Below, piece after piece: positions 18,830-29,581 of a DNA stretch of 64,000 nt. A program made the position numbers and the translations under genes. A model generated the notes under the pieces. It was not told where the DNA came from. It was given only the letters and a program-made list of their open reading frames with translations, and ran no database searches. The DNA is from a virus. The stretch's first letter is position 1, and every line of letters begins with the position of its first letter. The DNA lies in the IMG/VR virus record IMGVR_UViG_3300033388_003971, positions 6,824 to 70,823 of that record; one strand, 5' to 3'.

Positions 18830-20944
18830 TTACACGAATGGTGCAAATGGCATTGCACTCCATATTTCAGATTTTGGATATGATATCCCATCCTTACTAG
18901 CTATAATATAAACATAATATATCTTGTTATTGACCAAAGAATCTACAGAGTAACTAGTAGTTGCTATTGGAGCTCCATTGTGTTTTGTGTACACTCCATC
19001 ATGATTGGTGCTCGTATACACATCATAAGTGTACCCAGTACCTAGATCACTCCATGTCATATCTATTACAGTGTCTCCTGGTATAAATGATAACACATCT
19101 GCAACGTTTCCATAGTACCTGATAACTGCATGTGTCCCAAATGCTACGTGTCTTTCTACTATGCTTTGAACCTCATTCTTTTCAAATGTCCCACCATAAT
19201 CTGCTAATATGGTATATGGCAACTTTACAAGTAAGACTGAGTTTCCTGAGTGCGGCTGTCCATCCCAGTATCCTATATCTTCGTACCACTTAATTTCTGG
19301 ATGTGAGTCTATGCCCTCGTCAATGTCGTAATCCTCTCTGATTCCTCCACCTTCAAGCCTAGTATCAATGACTGACAACTCATCGTTCTTATATGGATCT
19401 GTTAATGTGACCTCTCCAACTAGCAGGTAATGAGTGTCCTCTGAGTCTTCACCTATTGTTGTATATCTATCGACAAAGTTATCTACATCCTTGTCATAAG
19501 ATAGTGTCCCTTCTATACCGGTTGCAAGGTCTACGTTTCCATCTCCACCTTTCTGACTGCAATACTGTATAACTCCAAGATCATCTACCATTAAATAATA
19601 TATCGACTTTTGCCTGCTAGGATTTGATAAGCCTCCTGGCACTAGGTAGAACGCATATCTAAATACACCTGCATCTATGTTACTAATAGGATTTATATTG
19701 AGCAGTGTTAACTCATAGTGGTCCTCTTTATAGTAATATGTAGCCTGTACCTTATCACTAAATCTCAGCTGAGCATTAAGTTTTATGAAACCTCCAGCCT
19801 CATCATAGCTATGTATAAGATCATTATCCCAGGTGATATCATGCGTACCCTCTTCATCTATAAAAGGAGCTCCATCTTTAGAGCTTATTGTAGACGTTGC
19901 ATGTATTATGTTGTCTTCGCTGTCCTTAATAACAAGATCAACATGAAGACTTTCACCTACATAGATACGTATATTTTCATCTGGAAGTTTTATAAGTCCA
20001 TCTGTCAGTACGTCACAATCTTGCATGATAGCAAACTTGTATGGCTCATATGGATTGAATAGCTGATCTGAGAACTCAGGGATATCATACCTAAATAGAT
20101 CTCCGTATGCCTTGATGAAGTCTCCATTCTTTATCCTAAGAAACCATATCCTATCTAGTATGTCTGCCTTTGGAGGTACTATGCTTATTGATGCACGAGC
20201 TTCATATGTTATTGCATACTGATCTGTTAATGGCATAGTTAAAGAATAACCGCCGCCACCAGAGTCGTAATCTAATATGTATTTCTTTACTCCAGACTTA
20301 AGGCTTCCAAAATCATCAAGGTCCTCAAAATCTGCCGGCTCGTATATCGGATGAACATTAAGAAGAAGATTAGAACTAGTAGAGTCCTCGTAGATATACT
20401 TAACATAGTAAACTGAAAGCTCACCAGAAGACTCGTCATAACTATTGTTTAAGTTTGTATATAGTGAATTTCCATCAATATCTTTTATGAATAATCTCTG
20501 ACTAACCGGGTTATAGTTGGAGTCAAGCACGTCACAGTCTACAACAATATTTCCATTTAATGTGGTTGGGATAATATGAGCGTAGTACAGTGGTGCAGAT
20601 GGATCTGTTGATGTGGCTACTGTAAATTCATCAGAGACCAAGAAGTACGGAGATATTACATCATCGTAATTAGGTCCAGTAAATGTTAAGTTCAGAGTAG
20701 ATATAGATTCGGCCAATGCATTCTCAGGCATGAGCGCGCCTTTATTTATTATAGATAGATTATCCTCTATGTCTTTTATTGGGATATAAACATACGCTAT
20801 TCCAACATCACTTTTATCTGTTGTCTCGCTAACTCTTATGTCAACAATATCTTTTCTCACTAGTTGACGAGTATCAATGGCTTCAACCCTGTGAATGTTT
20901 GACACTTTAAATTCTGAGTTTAACTTTGAAAAATTATGTGCCAT
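18830..20944 (-). CDS. Baseplate-associated structural protein with C-terminal fibronectin type III domain
   Basis: C-terminal PGDTVIDMTW...YDVY...Y.V.SL.N...YYVYI.A FN3 pattern; DTR.EGGG and YWDG motifs. Confidence 0.65.
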   Translation of the reverse strand: MAHNFSKLNSEFKVSNIHRVEAIDTRQLVRKDIVDIRVSETTDKSDVGIAYVYIPIKDIEDNLSIINKGALMPENALAESISTLNLTFTGPNYDDVISPYFLVSDEFTVATSTDPSAPLYYAHIIPTTLNGNIVVDCDVLDSNYNPVSQRLFIKDIDGNSLYTNLNNSYDESSGELSVYYVKYIYEDSTSSNLLLNVHPIYEPADFEDLDDFGSLKSGVKKYILDYDSGGGGYSLTMPLTDQYAITYEARASISIVPPKADILDRIWFLRIKNGDFIKAYGDLFRYDIPEFSDQLFNPYEPYKFAIMQDCDVLTDGLIKLPDENIRIYVGESLHVDLVIKDSEDNIIHATSTISSKDGAPFIDEEGTHDITWDNDLIHSYDEAGGFIKLNAQLRFSDKVQATYYYKEDHYELTLLNINPISNIDAGVFRYAFYLVPGGLSNPSRQKSIYYLMVDDLGVIQYCSQKGGDGNVDLATGIEGTLSYDKDVDNFVDRYTTIGEDSEDTHYLLVGEVTLTDPYKNDELSVIDTRLEGGGIREDYDIDEGIDSHPEIKWYEDIGYWDGQPHSGNSVLLVKLPYTILADYGGTFEKNEVQSIVERHVAFGTHAVIRYYGNVADVLSFIPGDTVIDMTWSDLGTGYTYDVYTSTNHDGVYTKHNGAPIATTSYSVDSLVNNKIYYVYIIASKDGISYPKSEIWSAMPFAPFV

Positions 20945-20949
20945 TATAT

Positions 20950-21957
20950 CTATACCTTGTTTTTTATTAGGGACTTATACAGTTCGATATTATCTTTGAT
21001 ATTTTCATGCAAACCATACTGACTCACAAGTTTATTGTGCGCAGCAACTTTCATACTGTCTATTTCTTCTGGCGACTCTATCAATCTGGACAATGACTTA
21101 TACCAATCCTTATACCTGTTTGTCTTAACTATTATCCCATCCACATTATGCTCTATGGTATCAGAGTAAGGACTTATATTAGATGCTACGGTGCAAGCTC
21201 CAATCATTGAGTACTCAAGAAACTTCAGGTTTGATCTGCTTACATTATACTTAGTAAAAGCAAGTGGCGCTATCCCTATGTCAATGCTGAACTTAGAGAT
21301 ATGAGAATAGTAGTTCTCAAAATCTACCCAACCTTTAAACTCTATCCTATGCTCAGGGATGATACTCTTAAGTGTGTCAGGAAAATATCCCGCCCAAACT
21401 ATCTTTACATTATCATATTTCTTAACAATGTCTGCCAGAACATCTTGTACGATAGGAATGTCATCTAGATGATATGGAGACCCCATCCATCCTATTCTTA
21501 TCTGGTCAACATCTGTTCTTTTAGCATACTTAATATGCTGTGACGGTATGCGATTAGGTAATACTGTTACGTTTTTATTATGCTTAGACAGCTCATTCTT
21601 CAATGGTTCAGTAGGACACGTCACATGATCACATGCCCCTATGAACTCAGAAAAGCTCTTCCTGTTTGCAGGGTCTTTAAGTTCCCAGTAGCTTGCGCTA
21701 GATGGATCTATATTTAACAGGTCATCGTCGTTCTCGTAAACGTGAACCTTATTGTTGTACTTTTTTAGCCATTCTATTTGTCCAGGCCTGCCTCTTCTTT
21801 GCCATACAAATACATCTCCCCACTCCATTAGCTCATCTGTAACTTTGTGAGACACAAGCACTTCAGCATCTCCGCTACTTGCTATTGCTTCTGCTGGAAG
21901 CATGCATCTGTAGTGTCCACAACCTTCATTATCCGCTGGATAGAAAACTATTCTCAT
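20950..21957 (-). CDS. Glycosyltransferase, GT-B fold (GT4-like)
   Basis: GCGHYR, YENDDDL, IGWMGS..H, DIGIAPL...N..RSNLKFLEY...G, ASNI.PY and DG motifs. Confidence 0.85.
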   Translation of the reverse strand: MRIVFYPADNEGCGHYRCMLPAEAIASSGDAEVLVSHKVTDELMEWGDVFVWQRRGRPGQIEWLKKYNNKVHVYENDDDLLNIDPSSASYWELKDPANRKSFSEFIGACDHVTCPTEPLKNELSKHNKNVTVLPNRIPSQHIKYAKRTDVDQIRIGWMGSPYHLDDIPIVQDVLADIVKKYDNVKIVWAGYFPDTLKSIIPEHRIEFKGWVDFENYYSHISKFSIDIGIAPLAFTKYNVSRSNLKFLEYSMIGACTVASNISPYSDTIEHNVDGIIVKTNRYKDWYKSLSRLIESPEEIDSMKVAAHNKLVSQYGLHENIKDNIELYKSLIKNKV

Positions 21958-21966
21958 CCTTATATT

Positions 21967-22272
21967 CTACATCATTCTCTTAGAAAAGCAATCCCCCTCA
22001 AGGAACATCTCTACTAGTCTTGGATCATTTGCAAATCCAGCCTTTTCAATAATAGTGTTGACATATTCCATGGCAATTTCTGGAGTTCCTGCATCAGCGT
22101 AAACATATATTTTGATTTTGTCTTCATAGTCATATAGTGTTCCACGAGTCACATTGTCAAAAGCCTTACCTGAGCTTGGCAATCCGATTTTCTCAAACCA
22201 TATTGGATGCAGCACCTTCTCTTTTGTTACTTCTACTTTACCACTATGTATGGCCCAAGATATTAATATCAA
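21967..22272 (-). CDS. Hypothetical protein
   Basis: 101 aa ORF with a 4-nt overlap to the upstream gene. Confidence 0.55.
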   Translation of the reverse strand: MILISWAIHSGKVEVTKEKVLHPIWFEKIGLPSSGKAFDNVTRGTLYDYEDKIKIYVYADAGTPEIAMEYVNTIIEKAGFANDPRLVEMFLEGDCFSKRMM

Positions 22273-22733
22273 TTTCCTTCTCTTTCTATCATTACTTGCA
22301 ATATCTTTTCTGAATGCACTATCAACGAATCTATTTCTTCTTCATTTGGCAGGCCATTATTTTCATCTATAAACCCTACTGTAAGCCTAAAAAATATACC
22401 ATTCAGATTATCAAGCTTGTCGTAATCATCAAAAGAGTTCAATACGGTTATAACTTTAGCCTTTGTTTGCTGGCTAACCTCTATAAGAACGTCGTCGCCA
22501 AGCATAGATTCAAATATACCACTTACTTTTTCGCGTTTGCTGCTTAAGTTTCTAGCTGGATTAATAAAGTTTTTTCCACCAGTATGCTTATACCCACATC
22601 TAGGCCTATTGCCTTCTACTATCTCTGTTATATCTACGTATTTGGACTCGTCTGAAAACTGATCTCCATTGCTTTGAGTATCTATTTCACAAATAACGTT
22701 TCCATCTACATCTACTTCAACGAATCTTTTCAT
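22269..22733 (-). CDS. Putative tail-fibre assembly protein
   Basis: Directly follows the Gly-rich fibre; N-terminal ...VDIT...GYKH.G..F..P pattern resembles fibre-assembly proteins. Confidence 0.5.
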   Translation of the reverse strand: MKRFVEVDVDGNVICEIDTQSNGDQFSDESKYVDITEIVEGNRPRCGYKHTGGKNFINPARNLSSKREKVSGIFESMLGDDVLIEVSQQTKAKVITVLNSFDDYDKLDNLNGIFFRLTVGFIDENNGLPNEEEIDSLIVHSEKILQVMIEREGN

Positions 22734-22747
22734 TGTTTAAACCTCTA

Positions 22748-25015
22748 TTAAGAGTGATACAGTATTTTAACACGGCCTTCTCCACCAGGGTTACCGACTA
22801 GATAACGGCCTCCTCCTTTTCCTCCGGATCCAGGCTCACCTGTATTACCTGCCATTCCTACTAGGCTTGGAGCTTCATAAATTATAAATCTAGGTCTAGT
22901 TCCTCCAGAGCCAGCTGAACCATTTGTAGAGCCACTGGCGTTACCGCCGTTACCACCCCATCCTGCAGATCCACCACCACCACCATTTGAAATGGCTCCA
23001 TCTCCATTACCACCACTTCTAAGTGTCCTATATGGAGACTGATAATCATAGAAGAATCCTCCTCCAACAAACGTCAGTCCGGAGTACTCAACCGCATAAC
23101 TATTTGAAGCGTGATACGATCCTGTTCCTGCTCCTGTACCTCCTGTCCATCCTAGACCACCGCCTCCACCTCCAAGTGCTCTAGCAACAGTGTTTCCGTT
23201 TATAACTACGTTGCTCTCTGCGCCAGCAGTACCAGCACCACCAGGAGCTGTACCTGCTGCACCAACGTTAACAGTAACACTATGTCCAGGGGTAACAATC
23301 AGGTCAACAGCTGTAAAGCCGCCACCACCGCCTCCTCCACCACCGGAACCTTTAGAAAAACCACCATCACCGCCACCACCACCAGCACCCCATATTGCTA
23401 TCCATACACGTGTGACACCTGCAGGTACTGTCCATCCAAATGATCCTGTATTACTCCATGTGGCTGTGTTAGCTGCATATTCATAGTAAGCTGGTGCAGA
23501 TATGTCAGCTGTGTGAGTGTGTAGACCGTCAGCACTTGTCCCATCAGATAGATTCTCTAATTCTTCACTTGTTATATCAGTAGTAGTTGTACTGTTTATC
23601 TTTGGAGAGTTTAGCCTCTTAGTTGTTAGTATCTGATCATCGGTTGTACCAACTATCGTTCCTGTAGGAGCATGCTGCCCATCAAGCAGGTCGGCATCTA
23701 ACCCATTTCCAGTTCCTGTCTCCAATACGCTATTAGGAAACTTAAGGCTTCCATCTAAAGCAAGAAGCTGATTAGCTGCGGGAGAAGCATTAGCATGAAT
23801 CCCATCAACCTTATCTGCACTCTTTCCTGTTAGTGTCTCTGGAAGACAGTTAAGGGTTAACGGTTGATACTGTGTATCTAGCGAATTTCTAAAAGCAACC
23901 TCACCTTCAAAGACTCTAATTATTACATTAGTAACGAATCCAGCTCCTCCAGTATCAAAGAACAATGGGTCAACTAATGTCTTGTTTGTAATTGTTTGAG
24001 TATCATCAATACCAACTATAGCACTTGTTGTTCCGTGTGCAATAGCTGCATCAGACCCAAGGATTTTAGTATGGTCTATGAATGGTGTCTGGTTATCCTG
24101 GTGATCATGGTTAAGAATTAAGTCTCTTAAACCTTCCATCATCTTTGTTATCTGACTACCAACAGTTATTAAAGAATACCTATCTGGGTCACCTGCCGAA
24201 AGAGCTAAAGTATTGCCTTCTGCATACGCTGAAGTCAAAGTAGCAGTCTTTTTAAATGTTATCCCTTCTACTATTGTGTTGGTTGTATTATCCCAAACAT
24301 ACATGAACCCAGCTGGAATCTCATCGTCTGGACTTAGTATGCTAAGGTCAGACGGAATAGTTAGCTGTTGTAGATAATTCTGACTACCTGAATCTGTTAC
24401 TACTGGCAATCCTATCTCATACCCACTTCCGCTTACTATAACTGTGCATCTTGTTCCTTGGTCAGGATCAGGAATAACATTATATGTAGCTCCGGAATAA
24501 CTATCTGTTACAGTTGTATAGTCATAGCTAACTGTATGATCGTTATCAGTTTCTGTAAACGTGTATATTAATCCACTTACATCTATAAAATAATCCCCGG
24601 CAGAAACGACAAGAGCTAAACTAGCAACAAGCGTATCGAATACTCCAGTTGGATTTGTAAACGTTATAGCTGCTGGTGTTGCAGGATCGTCAGGTGCATG
24701 CGCTAAAGCGAATATCTTCTTTCCAGTTGGAACTGCTTCTCCAACCACAGAAAGGGTATTTCCACCAAGAGACTTAGGATTCATCTTTGACATGTTTCCT
24801 ATTGCTCTTGACAGGTTAGCTATATAGTTAGGATTTAAGTCGAGCGGTCCAGCCGTCACAGAGTTCTGGTTCCATATATCACCAACTGCTCTCTCAAGAA
24901 CGTTCATTGCAGTTGCTACTTGCCCGAACGAATTCTCAAGCTTATTTGGAGTAGGTGATTCTCCCTGTACAAAGCTAACTAGGACCGGTGTTAACTCTTT
25001 TAATTTATCAGACAT
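22748..25015 (-). CDS. Tail fibre with C-terminal glycine-rich domain
   Basis: DADLLDG/ADKVDG and Q.LT.K.L..P fibre motifs; C-terminal WTVPAGVTRVWI..WGAGGGGG...GGGGG...G..G.V.I Gly-rich domain. Confidence 0.8.
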   Translation of the reverse strand: MSDKLKELTPVLVSFVQGESPTPNKLENSFGQVATAMNVLERAVGDIWNQNSVTAGPLDLNPNYIANLSRAIGNMSKMNPKSLGGNTLSVVGEAVPTGKKIFALAHAPDDPATPAAITFTNPTGVFDTLVASLALVVSAGDYFIDVSGLIYTFTETDNDHTVSYDYTTVTDSYSGATYNVIPDPDQGTRCTVIVSGSGYEIGLPVVTDSGSQNYLQQLTIPSDLSILSPDDEIPAGFMYVWDNTTNTIVEGITFKKTATLTSAYAEGNTLALSAGDPDRYSLITVGSQITKMMEGLRDLILNHDHQDNQTPFIDHTKILGSDAAIAHGTTSAIVGIDDTQTITNKTLVDPLFFDTGGAGFVTNVIIRVFEGEVAFRNSLDTQYQPLTLNCLPETLTGKSADKVDGIHANASPAANQLLALDGSLKFPNSVLETGTGNGLDADLLDGQHAPTGTIVGTTDDQILTTKRLNSPKINSTTTTDITSEELENLSDGTSADGLHTHTADISAPAYYEYAANTATWSNTGSFGWTVPAGVTRVWIAIWGAGGGGGDGGFSKGSGGGGGGGGGFTAVDLIVTPGHSVTVNVGAAGTAPGGAGTAGAESNVVINGNTVARALGGGGGGLGWTGGTGAGTGSYHASNSYAVEYSGLTFVGGGFFYDYQSPYRTLRSGGNGDGAISNGGGGGSAGWGGNGGNASGSTNGSAGSGGTRPRFIIYEAPSLVGMAGNTGEPGSGGKGGGRYLVGNPGGEGRVKILYHS

Positions 25016-25026
25016 TGTGCTCTCCT

Positions 25027-27054
25027 CTATATATTGATATCAAATTGACTTCTTAATTGCGAATTCTCTATAGGATTAACAGTTAAGTAAGTTGCCGTTC
25101 CTATGCTAGATGCAGCAAATGAATGCTCATCAGCGAATCTAAATCCATAGTATATGTAGTTGTTCATATAGTCTATGAAGGCGCCTGTTATATATGACGG
25201 CAACTGGATCTTTACGCTTACACTGTTGCCTCGTACTGTTGACCTGTGCAACTCGTTGAATCCACTTACATTTATCTTTACAACTTTACCTGTTGTTACC
25301 AGGTATCCAACAACATCTCCTGCTATTGGATCTAGTTCAACATTATATTTTACTCTGTTTCCATCTACGCTTATTGGCCTTAGAGGAACATTGCCACCAG
25401 TCTTAAAGTAGTATGGATGCTCAGTATCTCCTATTGCATCTCTTGGGCTTCCTGCTTCCAGCCATGCTTGGTACTTGTTTGGATCTATAGCGTCTGCATC
25501 ATATGTATACATGATTACTTTTCTATTGTCTCCACCTTGTAGCTCAAGATCATCAGTTCTTAGCTGGAACAGGTATACGTCTTCTGTTGTTGTCCATCCT
25601 TCTACTGTCTCATCTAATATTAACTCTTTATTGTCAACAGATAGCGTATTAGTTGTAGAGCTGACAGACTCAAGAGTTGATGCTGTATTCAATGTTGCAT
25701 ATGCATATCCTTTAAAGTCTGTAAAACTAGTTACAGGTCCTTGCTGCCCATTAAGATATCCAAAGTCTCCTGCCTCTACATCGAATGTTATCTCTGCATC
25801 TGATAGAGGTTGTCCACTAAGGTTATATGCTTTAGCTGTTATTACAGCGTAGTCTCCACCTGTGTACATTGGGCCATATATATCGTTACCCATATCAGGC
25901 TTATTAACAGTAACAACTATCTTGTTTAAAAAATTATCCCGCTCGGATAGGAATAAGAATCCCCTGTTTGTTCCAAGCCTTAATGGATTGATATTTATGT
26001 CAGACTCTTTATAGTCGCTACTGAATGCAGGCTCATACTCTACTCTTGGCGTTTTCTCATAAGTAATATAAAACACTATTGCAACGCCTAAGTCTGATTG
26101 TTTTACAGACAGGTCAGTGAATATCCATGTTTCTCCAAAGCTTATCAGGCCTGTGTCATAGTCTATCGCTGCTGGCATAGTTGCACTAGGAGTATCTAAA
26201 TCGGCAACCAAAGGAACTTCAAAGAACGTATCTGCTATTTTATCATAAGCATAAAGCTTTGCACTGTCAGGCACCATTGGGAAATACCTTGTTGTCAGTA
26301 TCATGTCCTGGTTTTGAATATGCTCACCAAGTAGCTCACAAGACAGAACCTCTTCATTGGTCGTAGCTGGAGAAACTCCTATTCTTTCTATGTATGTCTT
26401 ATTAAAGATGAACTTCTGGTTCTCTCTATCGACAACGAACTCATCCTTAAACAAGTCTACATTAGCCCATATAATATCTCCGTTCCCATCAACAGTTTCT
26501 AGTGGCTCTCCGTCAACGATAGTTCCAGAGAATCTTGCCCTCTGTCTTATGTTGGTATCTATAATAGGTATTCCTTCAGTATCATTTCTCTTGTAAATGT
26601 TTGCTGCTGACTGTATAAAGTCTTTTAATGGGAGATCATAGTTATACACGTCTACTGTACTGCCATTGATATCCTCTTCTTCAGTAACTCTATCGTTCAC
26701 TGATTCACTACTATATAGGTATCTTTCATTGAAATGCCTGTAATAGTGACCATGATTAATTATAGGATTCCACTCGTAACTATTCTTGTTTCTATGTAGC
26801 TTTATGCCTTGGTATTCAAGGTCAGCACCATGGCCTATACCAGACTGGAAATCTTCGTAATAGATTCCTCCTCTAGACTGGTCCCATAGCACAGGAAAAT
26901 ATGCTGTAGATTTCTCTTCATCAGTGGTTGGCCACGTTCTATCATCCCAGTTAAATCCAGGAGTATCATTATGTATGTCTACGTATGCAGAAAGCTTGTC
27001 TGAGTTTACAAGTATCTGTCTTGTGTCTATTGTAATTGATCCAGCAGTTGCCAT
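25027..27054 (-). CDS. Baseplate structural protein with Ig-like domain
   Basis: ITAKAYNLSGQPLSDAEITF...TDFKGYA pattern (Big_1-like); located in the baseplate cluster. Confidence 0.6.
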   Translation of the reverse strand: MATAGSITIDTRQILVNSDKLSAYVDIHNDTPGFNWDDRTWPTTDEEKSTAYFPVLWDQSRGGIYYEDFQSGIGHGADLEYQGIKLHRNKNSYEWNPIINHGHYYRHFNERYLYSSESVNDRVTEEEDINGSTVDVYNYDLPLKDFIQSAANIYKRNDTEGIPIIDTNIRQRARFSGTIVDGEPLETVDGNGDIIWANVDLFKDEFVVDRENQKFIFNKTYIERIGVSPATTNEEVLSCELLGEHIQNQDMILTTRYFPMVPDSAKLYAYDKIADTFFEVPLVADLDTPSATMPAAIDYDTGLISFGETWIFTDLSVKQSDLGVAIVFYITYEKTPRVEYEPAFSSDYKESDININPLRLGTNRGFLFLSERDNFLNKIVVTVNKPDMGNDIYGPMYTGGDYAVITAKAYNLSGQPLSDAEITFDVEAGDFGYLNGQQGPVTSFTDFKGYAYATLNTASTLESVSSTTNTLSVDNKELILDETVEGWTTTEDVYLFQLRTDDLELQGGDNRKVIMYTYDADAIDPNKYQAWLEAGSPRDAIGDTEHPYYFKTGGNVPLRPISVDGNRVKYNVELDPIAGDVVGYLVTTGKVVKINVSGFNELHRSTVRGNSVSVKIQLPSYITGAFIDYMNNYIYYGFRFADEHSFAASSIGTATYLTVNPIENSQLRSQFDINI

Positions 27055-27950
27055 TATTTACCCCAGTAAAGTGCTCGTTTAGATAATACTTCTCTAACTA
27101 TATCAACATATTCTGATTTTGGTAGTCCACTGTACTCTTCTCCAGTAGGAGATATGAACTGATCGTACATTCTGTTTTGGAATACGTCATCGTTTACATC
27201 TTTAATGGATACTGGACTAGTCACAAGTGTGAATGGAGATGCAGTTTTTACATCTCTGTATTTATAGCTAACAGTTCCGCTACCTGATGGTGTGTTCTTT
27301 ACTACTGTTTCACCGGTTTCATTATCTACAAAAAAGTCCCCGGCCACCATTAAGCTTGGGTCTGAAGATGTTACCCTATTGTAGAATATGTCTGACTCAG
27401 CAAAGCTTATAGTGCCTGTGATTATGTCTGAGTTGCTTATGAAGAATCTGTTTGACATTGGTATTAGCTCGTCGAACACTTCCACATTACTGTCCTGGTG
27501 AACCAGTGTCATACTTAGGTCATCTTCTCTAAGCGCATCTACAAGTGTACAGCTGAAATTAGTGCTTGCATTTATAGCAATCACAACGTCTGATATGTTG
27601 TGTGCATAATTGTCTTTTTCTTTATCGTATATTTCTATCTCTACATCTATTACACCTGTAGCATAATCCTCATATAGAGTTATAGTTGCGTGGTCAACGA
27701 ACACTGCTGGTACTGCACCTTCTGCAATCACGCCAGATACCAATACCTCTATAGTGTCGTAAGGTGTTAGCCCTAGCTCTCTATTGATACCATTCATTAA
27801 ACCGGTGTAAGTTGAGCTTGCCCTGTTGACTCCAACGTCCATAAGCCTTTGCTTATAGTCCTTGTTCTTCTCGCCTCTCAGTCTTTCAAGGCCAACCAAT
27901 ACTCCATGCTCATCAAACGTATTAAATATGTTTTTTGTTTTTTGTTCCAT
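27054..27950 (-). CDS. Baseplate wedge protein (P2 gpI-like N-terminus)
   Basis: FDEHGVLVGLERLRGEKNKDYKQRL matches the LD.wG...G..R..GE.D..YR.R wedge motif. Confidence 0.6.
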   Translation of the reverse strand: MEQKTKNIFNTFDEHGVLVGLERLRGEKNKDYKQRLMDVGVNRASSTYTGLMNGINRELGLTPYDTIEVLVSGVIAEGAVPAVFVDHATITLYEDYATGVIDVEIEIYDKEKDNYAHNISDVVIAINASTNFSCTLVDALREDDLSMTLVHQDSNVEVFDELIPMSNRFFISNSDIITGTISFAESDIFYNRVTSSDPSLMVAGDFFVDNETGETVVKNTPSGSGTVSYKYRDVKTASPFTLVTSPVSIKDVNDDVFQNRMYDQFISPTGEEYSGLPKSEYVDIVREVLSKRALYWGK

Positions 27951-29581
27951 TAGTACCCCACGCTTATTGAGAAGTACTCTTCTCTGGTGTAGACTATCTT
28001 GCTATCTATATCTATCATAGCTGTATCGTGATGTAAGTTGACTCTGTGTATACTATCTACATTATCAAGCACATACAATTCATAATCAGAATTAAAAGAA
28101 ATTCCCACCGGGTTAGAGATTCCATGAGCCAGAACAACTATCGGCTCTGTAAATCTTGAGCTAACTATTCTCTTGTCTACATCTTTTGATCCATCGAGAT
28201 ACTCTACAGATAGTGTCCATATGTAATCTCCATGGTCGTCTATTGTGTATTCAATATCCCTATTGTAGAAGTGGTTTAGATCTGTTGTTTCATATGGGTT
28301 TCTATTCCATCCATCATAATTTTCATCTACTATATATGTCACTTCGTCAAACGACTTGGTGGAAGCATTGTATATCAGTGTAACCTTGGTTCCATCTGGC
28401 TTCTCAAGATCCCACTTATACTTTATAATTTGCTTTATGCTCTCATATGGTTTTGGCTTTAGCTTAACTATGTCACCCTCTATCACACTATCTAGACTAG
28501 AGAAAATCTGTATTGATGCGTCTGGAGTTCTTCCTACAAGCTTCTTGCCGTCAACATAATCACTTCTTAGATCATAAATTATAATGTTAGAAGCAGTCAA
28601 AGCGATACACCTTGTGCTATCTGGCTGCAAAGCTATATCTTCTACACCAGTTATCTCATCGCCAACCTCATCTATAATTTTTATCTTTCTAACTTCATGT
28701 TTTGTGTTAAGTCCTCCAAGAAGATCATTCACAGTGTTAGCAGTAAATACTTCGTAGTCCAGATACGTCTTACCGCTCAACTCTTCTTTGCCCATGTATA
28801 ACTGCTTATCGTATGCTAGTTCATCAACATATCTTTCCGCATAGTATGGGAGCTCTTCATGGTTAAACTCTATAGCATCAATAGACACTGTAGCTGTATC
28901 TGGTACGATATTTATAACCTCAATCTCAGTAAGACTTTTCCACTCTTTGAGAGTTCTCGTTGTTCCATTATATGTATACGGAATAACTTCTGAATCTAGG
29001 ATGCCTCTCCTGTTGATTCCAGTTACTTTAACATGGGCTAACTCTGATGATTCATTATTTACGAAACCGGTTCCGTCAGCAATAGTTACATGGAGATAGC
29101 CGGCCTCATATATATCATTGAAAGCTTTAATCTTTCCTGGTGCTATTTCAGTTGCATCAAGCACAGAGCTATACGACAGAATGTCTGCGTCTACAGTAAG
29201 TCTGTTTGGTATTGCATCGTACCAAAATGACTGTATCGAATTGTCTTCTGATATTGGCACTTCTACAGGATCTTCTCCATCATTTATAACTACTGTGATG
29301 GTAGGGTCTATTGGCTTTGGAATCCTGAAGTCTGTTGTGTCATACTGTATTTCGAAATCTCTTCCTAGTCTAGTCTCGTATGTAACGTCTACTTCAGCAA
29401 GACTAGTAGTGTTTACAAATCTTCCACTTAGGTTAGTTCTTGCTTTATTGTTCAGGTCTTCCATCTCAATCCCAACAGGATTAATCAACTGCTGAAAATA
29501 GCTCTGCGCATCCTTTCTGGCAAGAGTCCATGATGGCATATAGTTGGCAAGCCTCTGTGTTGCATAGGCGTATTTTGACAC
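27950..29581 (-). CDS. Baseplate wedge protein (GTG start, TAGTG overlap)
   Basis: Directly follows the baseplate J gene; N-terminal LANYMPSW motif is like those of post-J wedge proteins. Confidence 0.55.
   Translation of the reverse strand: MSKYAYATQRLANYMPSWTLARKDAQSYFQQLINPVGIEMEDLNNKARTNLSGRFVNTTSLAEVDVTYETRLGRDFEIQYDTTDFRIPKPIDPTITVVINDGEDPVEVPISEDNSIQSFWYDAIPNRLTVDADILSYSSVLDATEIAPGKIKAFNDIYEAGYLHVTIADGTGFVNNESSELAHVKVTGINRRGILDSEVIPYTYNGTTRTLKEWKSLTEIEVINIVPDTATVSIDAIEFNHEELPYYAERYVDELAYDKQLYMGKEELSGKTYLDYEVFTANTVNDLLGGLNTKHEVRKIKIIDEVGDEITGVEDIALQPDSTRCIALTASNIIIYDLRSDYVDGKKLVGRTPDASIQIFSSLDSVIEGDIVKLKPKPYESIKQIIKYKWDLEKPDGTKVTLIYNASTKSFDEVTYIVDENYDGWNRNPYETTDLNHFYNRDIEYTIDDHGDYIWTLSVEYLDGSKDVDKRIVSSRFTEPIVVLAHGISNPVGISFNSDYELYVLDNVDSIHRVNLHHDTAMIDIDSKIVYTREEYFSISVGY

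Noticed and set aside
22780-23400. GC-rich ccacc/ccgcc runs as a possible DNA repeat or foreign insert
   Set aside because: They are explained by poly-Gly codons in the fibre's Gly-rich domain.
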